From the NCBI GenBank assembly GCA_965246885.1, contig OZ251992.1, positions 2,848,001 to 2,912,000 of the forward strand: 64,000 nt of DNA, given 5' to 3'. The notes beneath the pieces are model-generated. The model did no database searches, was not told the origin of the DNA, and was given only the letters and a program-made list of their open reading frames with translations. How positions within the stretch are numbered: position 1 is the stretch's first letter; the number at the start of each line of letters is the position of its first letter. This stretch comes from Abditibacterium sp. (GTDB lineage: Bacteria > Armatimonadota > Abditibacteriia > Abditibacteriales > Abditibacteriaceae). Below, piece by piece: positions 57,088-64,000 of this stretch. A program made the translations under genes and the position numbers.

Positions 57088-58161
57088 ATGTCCAACATCC
57101 TTCTTTCGCCCGTCCGCATGGGCGCGTTTCAGCTTCCCAACCGCGTCGTGATGGCGCCGCTCACGCGGTGCCGCGCCGACGCGGGGCGCGTTCCCTCCGA
57201 GGCCGCGCGACTTTATTACACCCAACGCGCGAGTGTTGGACTGATAATTACCGAAGCGACCTCGGTAGACCCGATGGGCGTTGGCTACCCGGACACACCG
57301 GGTATCTGGAACGCCGAACAGGTCGCGGGCTGGCGGCGCATCACCGACTCCGTTCACGAAGCGGGCGGGCAAATCGTTTTGCAACTCTGGCACGTCGGGC
57401 GCATTTCGCACCCGTCGTATCTCGGCGGCGCCCTGCCCGTCGCACCGTCCGCCATCGCTGCAAAGGGGCACGTGTCGCTTGTGCGGCCCCTTGCCGATTA
57501 TCCCACGCCGCGTGCCCTCAAAACTTCGGAACTCCCCGCCATCATCGAAGCCTATCGCTTGGGCGCGCAAAACGCCAAAGAAGCGGGCTTTGACGGCGTC
57601 GAAATTCATGGCGCCAACGGCTACTTGCTCGACCAGTTCTTGCAAGACTCCACCAATCACCGCACAGACCAATACGGCGGCTCCATCGAAAACCGCGCGC
57701 GCTTGGCGCTCGAAGTGACTGATGCCGTCGTTTCCGTCTGGGGCGCCAAGCGCGTCGGGTATCACATCTCGCCGCGCGCCGACGCGCACGACATGGGCGA
57801 CTGCGACTTGCCCGCGACTTTTGGGCACTTGGTGCGCGAACTGTCGAAGCGGCAAATCGCCTTCGTTTTTTCGCGCGCCGCCCGCGACGACGAGGCGTTG
57901 ACAGTCGGGTTGCGCCGCCAGTTCGCGGGCGCGTGGATCGCCAACCAAGGTTTTACGCCCGCAGAAGCCATCGCCACCTTGGAGCGCGGCGACGCCGATG
58001 CCGTTTCGTGGGGCCAGCAGATCATCGCCAACCCCGATTTGGCGCGCCGCCTCGAATTGAGTGCGCCGCTCAACCAGCCCAACCCCGCCACTTTCTACAC
58101 TTACCCCTCTGGCGACAAGAACGAGGGCTATACCGATTACCCGTTCCTCAACGAAAAGTAA
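57088..58161 (+). CDS. Old yellow enzyme / alkene reductase (NemA-like)
   Basis: MAPLTR, QLWHVGR, EIHGANGYLLDQF, YGGSIENR, GYTDYP. Confidence 0.95.
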   Translation: MSNILLSPVRMGAFQLPNRVVMAPLTRCRADAGRVPSEAARLYYTQRASVGLIITEATSVDPMGVGYPDTPGIWNAEQVAGWRRITDSVHEAGGQIVLQLWHVGRISHPSYLGGALPVAPSAIAAKGHVSLVRPLADYPTPRALKTSELPAIIEAYRLGAQNAKEAGFDGVEIHGANGYLLDQFLQDSTNHRTDQYGGSIENRARLALEVTDAVVSVWGAKRVGYHISPRADAHDMGDCDLPATFGHLVRELSKRQIAFVFSRAARDDEALTVGLRRQFAGAWIANQGFTPAEAIATLERGDADAVSWGQQIIANPDLARRLELSAPLNQPNPATFYTYPSGDKNEGYTDYPFLNEK

Positions 58162-58182
58162 ATCGGCCCCAAGGGAGCGCCG

Positions 58183-58340
58183 AAGTAGGTAAATCAACGG
58201 AAGATCTACCTATTTCGGACGGTGAAATAGGTAGATCGGCGTAAGATTTACCTATTCCAGCGAGCGATTAAGGTATTTTGCGGCTTGCGGGAGGTAAATC
58301 TTCCCGTGATCTACCTATTTCGCGGCTCGAACTACGTAGA
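58183..58340. repeat. 21-bp lattice of alternately oriented TAGGTA/TACCTA units
   Basis: TAGGTA 58186, TACCTA 58207, TAGGTA 58228, TACCTA 58249, AAGGTA 58270, GAGGTA 58291, TACCTA 58312, TACGTA 58333. Confidence 0.88.
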
Positions 58341-58434
58341 CGAACGCTTCCCAGAGGGGATTATCGAAGAGTTTTGGGCGCGGCTTCTCATGGCATTGTC
58401 CCAGCCGCGCTCCAGACAGCCACATTTCAAACCC

Positions 58435-58818
58435 ATGAAAACCGCGACACTTATCGCCCGCTTCTTGCTGGGCCTCGCCTTCGTCGTTTTTGGCCTCAAC
58501 TATTGGGGCCATTTCATCCCGCAACCGCCGCCCAACGCGGCGGGCGGCGCTTTTTTGGGCGCCATGATTCCTTCGGGCTATTTCGGCCTCGTCAAGGTAC
58601 TGGAAGTCGTGGGCGGACTCTTGATTCTCAGTGGCCGCTTTTTGCCGTTGGGGATTCTAATTCTTGGCCCGATTCTGGTCAACATCCTCGCCTACGACGT
58701 GTTCCTCGACCACAGCGCGCTTCCAGTCGGCATCGTCTTCGGCGCCTTGCTCCTGTTTTTGGCGTGGGCCAACCGCGCCGTTTTCCAACCGTTCTTCGCC
58801 GCGCCATCCGCCGCGTAA
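58435..58818 (+). CDS. DoxX-family membrane protein
   Basis: IARFLLGL.F..FGLN, SGY...VK.LE..GG, L.PI.VNI. Confidence 0.85.
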   Translation: MKTATLIARFLLGLAFVVFGLNYWGHFIPQPPPNAAGGAFLGAMIPSGYFGLVKVLEVVGGLLILSGRFLPLGILILGPILVNILAYDVFLDHSALPVGIVFGALLLFLAWANRAVFQPFFAAPSAA

Positions 58819-58830
58819 ATTTCTCACATC

Positions 58831-59556
58831 ATGCCTAAAGTAGCTTTAATTACCGGTGCCAACAAGGGCATCGGACTCGAAACCGCCCGCCAACTGGCGC
58901 GCGATCATGGCTTTACTGTTCTCATCGGCGCCCGCGACGAAGCGCGCGGAACCGAAGCGGCAGAGGGCCTCAAGGCGCAAGGGTTGGACGCGCAGTTCTT
59001 GCCCATTGACCCCACCGACCCGGCGTCGGTCGCCGCCGCCGTTGCGCGTGTGCAAGCGGATTTTGGGCGCTTGGACGTGCTGGTCAATAACGCGGGCACG
59101 CTTTCGCCACAGGACATGGCGGCGCCCGCGAGCATCCCGACCCAAATTCTGCGCGACACCTACGAGATCAACGTCTTCGCCCTCCACGAAGTCACCCGCG
59201 CGTTTTGGCCGTTGTTGGAAAAGTCGGACGCCGCGCGGCTGGTGAACGTGTCCAGCGTGTTGGGGTCGCTCACCATCCACCGCGATTTTGACGGGTCGCT
59301 CAAAGACTTCAAGCCGGTCGCGTATGATTCGAGCAAAGCCGCCGTTAACATGATAACCATCCACTACGCATCGCAGTGGAAGAACACGCCGCACAAGGCG
59401 AACGCGATTCATCCCGGTAGCGTCAAGACCGACTTGAACTCGTGGGGCGAGTTGACGGTAGAAGAGGGCGCGAAAACTTCGGTCGAAATGGCCACCATCA
59501 GCGCCGACGGGCCAAACGGGAGTTTCTCGCATTTGGGCCAGCCGTTGCCTTGGTAG
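58831..59556 (+). CDS. SDR-family oxidoreductase (carbonyl reductase-like)
   Basis: TGANKGIG, VNNAG, NVSS, YDSSK, HPGSVKTD. Confidence 0.93.
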   Translation: MPKVALITGANKGIGLETARQLARDHGFTVLIGARDEARGTEAAEGLKAQGLDAQFLPIDPTDPASVAAAVARVQADFGRLDVLVNNAGTLSPQDMAAPASIPTQILRDTYEINVFALHEVTRAFWPLLEKSDAARLVNVSSVLGSLTIHRDFDGSLKDFKPVAYDSSKAAVNMITIHYASQWKNTPHKANAIHPGSVKTDLNSWGELTVEEGAKTSVEMATISADGPNGSFSHLGQPLPW

Positions 59557-59575
59557 AACGGGGAAACACGAAATG

Positions 59576-59613
59576 CGCAAGGGGCGTTTTCTCGTGGGAA
59601 AACGCCCCTTGCG
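59576..59613. terminator. Bidirectional terminator between convergent genes
   Basis: CGCAAGGGGCGTTTT/AAAACGCCCCTTGCG inverted repeat. Confidence 0.8.
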
Positions 59614-59635
59614 TTTGATTGGGTGCCACAAGAGA

Positions 59636-60412
59636 CTATGGTTGTGGCGGAGCGTCCGTCATAGGCGGGTCGGTCGCCGGTGCCTCCGTCGCGGGCGCAT
59701 CGGGTTTAAGGCCGGTCAGTTCGCCGTTTGGCCCGATTTCCACTTGCGCGGGCGGGACGCCCACGAGAGTTTGGAAAAGTTGCGCCGACGTTTGGCGCAT
59801 GGTATCGGCGTCCTTGGTTTTCCCGGCTTTGACGAACTGCTTGGTCAGGGCGGTGTTGAGCGTGGTCGCCATAATCATGGACTCGTAGATTTGCTCTTTC
59901 TGGGCGGGTGGCAGGGTCTTGAACTTCGGCCCCCACACTTTGCCGATCACCGTCGAAAGCGTGCGCGCTGCCGCGAGCGAGGGGGCTTGGGGCGTGTCCA
60001 CTCCGACGGCGTTGTCGTGCAAGTCCAAGAAGACATACGCATAAGCGTTGCCCATATCGCGCGGCGCGAAGCCGAGCTTTTGAAACTGCGCTTCGATTTC
60101 CTTGAGGGCGCCGGGCATTCCGTCTTCGAGAGCTTTGAGCGGCGCACTGGGGCCGGTTTTGGCTTCGACCTTAACGCGCAGTTCGTGGCCTATGGCGCGC
60201 GCCGCTTCGCCGGGATGCACGCGCGGCACGGCGAGGCCCGACGAGAAGCCGCCTTTGGGGGGCGCGACGGCTTTGGGCGGGGGCGCGGCTTCGGCGGCTC
60301 CGGCGATGGCCCCGGCGAAGTCGGACAAGTCGGGCATCCCGCCGCCTTGGGCGCGGGCGGAGGTAACTAATAACAAGGTGCCAAAAGCGGCGAGTTTGGA
60401 TAGGTGTTGCAT
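59636..60412 (-). CDS. Secreted helical hypothetical protein
   Basis: Signal peptide ending ARA-Q; 258 aa. Confidence 0.8.
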   Translation of the reverse strand: MQHLSKLAAFGTLLLVTSARAQGGGMPDLSDFAGAIAGAAEAAPPPKAVAPPKGGFSSGLAVPRVHPGEAARAIGHELRVKVEAKTGPSAPLKALEDGMPGALKEIEAQFQKLGFAPRDMGNAYAYVFLDLHDNAVGVDTPQAPSLAAARTLSTVIGKVWGPKFKTLPPAQKEQIYESMIMATTLNTALTKQFVKAGKTKDADTMRQTSAQLFQTLVGVPPAQVEIGPNGELTGLKPDAPATEAPATDPPMTDAPPQP

Positions 60413-60430
60413 GAGTGTGTTTGTCCCGGC

Positions 60431-62122
60431 TTACTTGTCGTCGTCTTTGGACATCGTACTGCCCTCGAAGTAGAGCGACTTTTGCGTTGAATCGAGGAAG
60501 AAAAAGGGCAGGCGGGCTACCTTGCCGTTGTCGTAGCGCAGCGTCAAAACCCAGCCGTTCAAGGAGTAGTCACCCTCGCGCGCGCCGTTGGGGTTCTTGC
60601 GCTTGGTTTCCGAGCCGACGGCGAAGTTGGGGCCGGTGCCGCTTGCGAAGGAGCCGCTATCGTCGTAACCGGAGTTGACGTGCGTCGCATCGTCGCCAAA
60701 GCCGAAGGTGGAACTGGTGCCGCCGTGACTATCTTTGCTGAAACGCCCCGCGCGGTTGAACGACACGCCCCACAGCGCATATGAGGAAGTCATCCCAATG
60801 ACGCCCGAAGAACTGCCCGTGCCCCAACGACCTTGCAACTTCGTTTGCGCGGGCGCGGGCGCAACCCGAAAACCGGGCAGCTTTTCATAGGAGGCGCCGT
60901 TCCACGACACCAGATAGTCGCCTTTGACTCCCTTACGCCAACGGCCCCACTTGTCGGGTTCTTTCTGCTTGGAGCGTTGCACATCCAGTTCGTCGGGCGG
61001 GACGGGCAAGTCGGAGTAAACACTGCCATCCTTAAGCAGCAGGTAGGTGTCGGTTGTGGCGCTTTGCCCGTTGAACTGCGAGTTGCACAAGATGGCGGCA
61101 ATTTGCGCGTTTTGCACGCCCCGGCCCGGCGTGACCACCCACTTGAAGCGGTTTTTCTCGATCTCGGCGGCGGCTTTGACTTCTTTCTCCTGCGCTTTGC
61201 TGACGCGCTTGACGGCGGGGCCAATGTAGGTGAGCGAAGTGATGGCCACGTCAAAGCCCTTGTCTTCGCGCGCGTAGATGGCGGGCTTGCCTTGGGCGTC
61301 GCGGCCATAGTAACAAAAGTCTCCCTCGCCGTTAATGCTAATGCTGGAGTTGCTCATCGAGTACATGTAGCCCACCGCCAACTGCCCGGTGTTGCGGTTG
61401 TAGCCAACGGTGCCGGTTTCCTCGTCGAAGTAGCGGCGCGCCATGTCGCGGTCGTTTTGGTCGCACAAGCGGTATTCGCCGTTGGGGAAGATGTAGAGAT
61501 GGAAGCGGAAGCGTAATTCCTGCCCGACATATTGGTTGCCCGCGTAGACGCCGGGAACCAGTTCGCCGCCGGGGGTCAGGTGCTGAAGCACGCGCGGCGG
61601 CGTGGTGTGCAAGTTGTCGCCTGCTTCGGCTTTGGCGCGCGCGACGAGGGCGGACGTGAGGGCTTTCGATTCGGCGTCGTAGCGCTCGCCCAGCCCGTTT
61701 TGCCCCGACATAAGCGTGCGCATCATGTGGACATTGGCGCCGCCATCGAGCGAGACGCCAATAAAGATAGCGGCGAGTTGAACGCCGCGCGGCCCGTTGA
61801 AAATCCCGGCGCCGGACACGACTTGCCCCTGCGTGGTCTGAATCTTCATCGGCTCCGCGAGTTGCCCCACGCCCTTGCCGACAGGCCCGGCAAAGGCGCG
61901 CAAGTACTCCTCGAGCGTTTTACCGTCGAGGGCCGCCGAATCATAGACGGTAATGGAGTACTTCTCGCCCGCGCGCAAGTCCGGGGGAGAGAAAGCGTGC
62001 GCGCCGCCCGCTTTGGTTTGCTCGATCCACCCGGTGGGCGCCGGGATCGTTATCTGCGCGCGCGACGCGGGACAGCAAAGCGCCACACCGCCTAACACAG
62101 CGAGGAAAGGGATGATTCGCAT
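60431..62122 (-). CDS. Secreted hypothetical protein
   Basis: Signal peptide ending SRA-Q; long ORF with genome-typical codon usage. Confidence 0.82.
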   Translation of the reverse strand: MRIIPFLAVLGGVALCCPASRAQITIPAPTGWIEQTKAGGAHAFSPPDLRAGEKYSITVYDSAALDGKTLEEYLRAFAGPVGKGVGQLAEPMKIQTTQGQVVSGAGIFNGPRGVQLAAIFIGVSLDGGANVHMMRTLMSGQNGLGERYDAESKALTSALVARAKAEAGDNLHTTPPRVLQHLTPGGELVPGVYAGNQYVGQELRFRFHLYIFPNGEYRLCDQNDRDMARRYFDEETGTVGYNRNTGQLAVGYMYSMSNSSISINGEGDFCYYGRDAQGKPAIYAREDKGFDVAITSLTYIGPAVKRVSKAQEKEVKAAAEIEKNRFKWVVTPGRGVQNAQIAAILCNSQFNGQSATTDTYLLLKDGSVYSDLPVPPDELDVQRSKQKEPDKWGRWRKGVKGDYLVSWNGASYEKLPGFRVAPAPAQTKLQGRWGTGSSSGVIGMTSSYALWGVSFNRAGRFSKDSHGGTSSTFGFGDDATHVNSGYDDSGSFASGTGPNFAVGSETKRKNPNGAREGDYSLNGWVLTLRYDNGKVARLPFFFLDSTQKSLYFEGSTMSKDDDK

Positions 62123-62169
62123 AATCCGCTTTTTGAACGCCTTGGCAGTGTAAATGTTCCCCCCCAAAT

Positions 62170-63405
62170 TCAGCGCGCTTCGGGTACCCCGGCAAAGCCG
62201 CCGTCGAAGAAGCGGCGCGCGAACGCGAGCGCCGGGGCGATGGCGGTGATGTGGTTGAGTTTCGTGTTAAATTCGACAAAGGTGCGCACGTTATGCGAGC
62301 CGCGCTTGCCGAACTCGCCCGCCGCGACGCGGGCGTTGTTGGCGACGACGATGCCATCGGAATTGAGCGCCCAGAACACGGTCGGGTTTTTCGGCGCCCA
62401 CGCGAAAGCGTCGTTGCGACGCAGTTCAGCGACGAGCGGCTCGCGCGCGTCGGCGGTCTCCATCGCTCGGTAAAAGCCGGGAGTGAGCACGAGCGCCATC
62501 GAGTTCCGCGCGCGCAGGAGCAGCGCGGTTGCGGCCAAGCGCTTGAGAATGGCGTCGTCGGACAGCTTGCCGGTGAAGTCGCGGTTGACGGCGAAGGCGA
62601 AGCTGGGCTGGAAAAACTCGGTCAGCTTGCGCCTGTGATTCTTCGCCCACGAATAGACCAAGAAGGAGGTTAGATACAAATGGGCGATGAACTGCGCGTT
62701 GTCTGTGGGCAACTCCAATAGCGATTGGCGCGTCACGCCCGACAGATCGTATGGCCCCGACAAAAACGCCGACCGCGCCGCGCCCTGCCCGCGCTCTTGC
62801 AAGCGCCGCGCGCTCCACATCGCAACCGCGCCGCCTTCGGAGTAGCCGCTCACAAACGTCGGCGCGGCCACAACGACGCCCACTTTGCGCGCGACTTCCC
62901 GCGCGGGAGCGAGAAAATCGAGCGCCGCGCGCGAGTTGGTTTCCGAGAACGGATACGGATGCACGCCCGTTCCGGCGTCGTAACCCAAGTAGTCCGGCAT
63001 GGCGAGGGCGTAGCCGCCCGACGCGAACGCGAGCAACGCCGCTTCGGTTTCCGACGGCTTGGCACCCACCGCAAAGCGCGAAGGCACGCCCGCCGCGCTC
63101 ACCGTCGTGCCGTGATGCCACAACACCAACCCGCGCGGCGCCCCCCCACCCGGCAACGCGAGCAACCCAGACACCAGAACGCGCCGTCCGCGCAGATCGG
63201 GCGTGAAGTAGCGCACGCGAAACAGTCGTAGCGCAGCGCGGGGCAACGCCGGAGCCAGCGCGCCGAACACCTGCGGCATCTGCGCCTTCGCGTGCGCGAC
63301 CGAAAAAGTTCCGGCGCTCCCATAGCTGTCGAGGTTCTGCGCGCGGGCAACGGACACGGTGCCCAGCAGAGCGGCGTATATGGCGTATATAAGGAAGCGT
63401 TTCAT
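62170..63405 (-). CDS. Secreted alpha/beta hydrolase (secretory lipase-like)
   Basis: VSGLL..P, HHGT, PDYLG, nucleophile elbow GYSEGG, SGPYD. Confidence 0.88.
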   Translation of the reverse strand: MKRFLIYAIYAALLGTVSVARAQNLDSYGSAGTFSVAHAKAQMPQVFGALAPALPRAALRLFRVRYFTPDLRGRRVLVSGLLALPGGGAPRGLVLWHHGTTVSAAGVPSRFAVGAKPSETEAALLAFASGGYALAMPDYLGYDAGTGVHPYPFSETNSRAALDFLAPAREVARKVGVVVAAPTFVSGYSEGGAVAMWSARRLQERGQGAARSAFLSGPYDLSGVTRQSLLELPTDNAQFIAHLYLTSFLVYSWAKNHRRKLTEFFQPSFAFAVNRDFTGKLSDDAILKRLAATALLLRARNSMALVLTPGFYRAMETADAREPLVAELRRNDAFAWAPKNPTVFWALNSDGIVVANNARVAAGEFGKRGSHNVRTFVEFNTKLNHITAIAPALAFARRFFDGGFAGVPEAR

Positions 63406-63487
63406 CGGGGGAAGTATGTCGGGCTGCCACTTCATCCACGCACTCGTCGCAGGCGGTTCCCGATTTGCCCGCTTCGCGCGGCGCGCT

Positions 63488-63891
63488 ATGAAACCCTTTG
63501 ACACCCTACCCGACGAAGCCGCGCGCCAAATCGTTGTCGGCGGCCTCATAGCAACTAACAACGCGGCGCTCGGCGACAGCGCGCCCGACTTTCAACTGTT
63601 CGTCCGCGATGAAGAGGGCGCGGTGCGCAGGGGCGTGCTGGGCTTCTACGCGGGTGAGTGGGCTTTCATCGAGGTGATTTGGGTCGCGCCCGGACTGCGC
63701 GGGCAAGGCTACGGGTCGCGCCTCTCGCCGAACTGGAAGCGCAAGCACGCGCTCAGGGCTGCAAGGCGCTGTTTCTGGATACCTTCGCCTTTCAAGCGCC
63801 CGACTTCTACCGCAAGTGTGGCTTTGAAGTCGCCCTCGAATTGCCCAACACCGGCGACCTGACGCGCTACTTTCTGCGCAAACCACTATGA
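63488..63891 (+). pseudogene. GNAT acetyltransferase split by a single-base frameshift
   Basis: Frame 1 ends ...IWVAPGLRGQGYGSRL; continuation LAELEAQARAQGC..LFLDTFAFQAPDFYRKCGF is in another frame from about 63723. Confidence 0.8.
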
Positions 63892-64000
63892 GACAAACCA
63901 TCCTCGCCCCCGGCGCCGACTTTTCTCGCTTGCACACCCGCGAACTCGACGCGCCCGCGCCCGGTGTCGGCGAAGTCGCCATCCGCGTGCGCGCTGCCAG
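63888..64000 (+). CDS. N-terminus of a zinc-binding dehydrogenase/MDR-family protein (runs off the window)
   Basis: MRQTILAPGADFSRLHTRELDAPAPGVGEVAIRVRAA. Confidence 0.7.
   Translation, partial: MRQTILAPGADFSRLHTRELDAPAPGVGEVAIRVRAA

Overview
GC-rich bacterial chromosomal window. The gene content (Uma2 endonucleases, H-X9-DG pilin remnants, an SLH plus beta-barrel outer-membrane protein, BamA, apparently leaderless genes) suggests a diderm Terrabacterium such as Abditibacteriota or Armatimonadota; this is inference. Most of it is housekeeping and metabolic genes: icd, msrA, purK, pepD, bcp, ugd, dinG, moaDE, bamA, nadB, ahcY, gdhA, and an Rrf2-controlled azoreductase/SDR/OYE cluster. I found no rRNA, tRNA, CRISPR array, integrase or transposase. 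The most unusual signals are: (1) six sequence-unrelated tracts, each on an exact 21-nt lattice and often mixing direct and inverted units; (2) a roughly 0.75 kb integrase-less single-gene cassette flanked by a duplicated icd 3' end, whose FN3 cargo is paralogous to the hinge of a chimeric secreted protein 29 kb away that sits next to a WD40 gene; (3) an APC permease, PP2C phosphatase, Ser/Thr kinase and HEPN-like protein operon; (4) several atypical fusions (receiver plus Zn ribbon, degenerate MraY/WecA plus TagA, MoaD plus MoaE). All family assignments come from motif recognition by eye; no database search was run.
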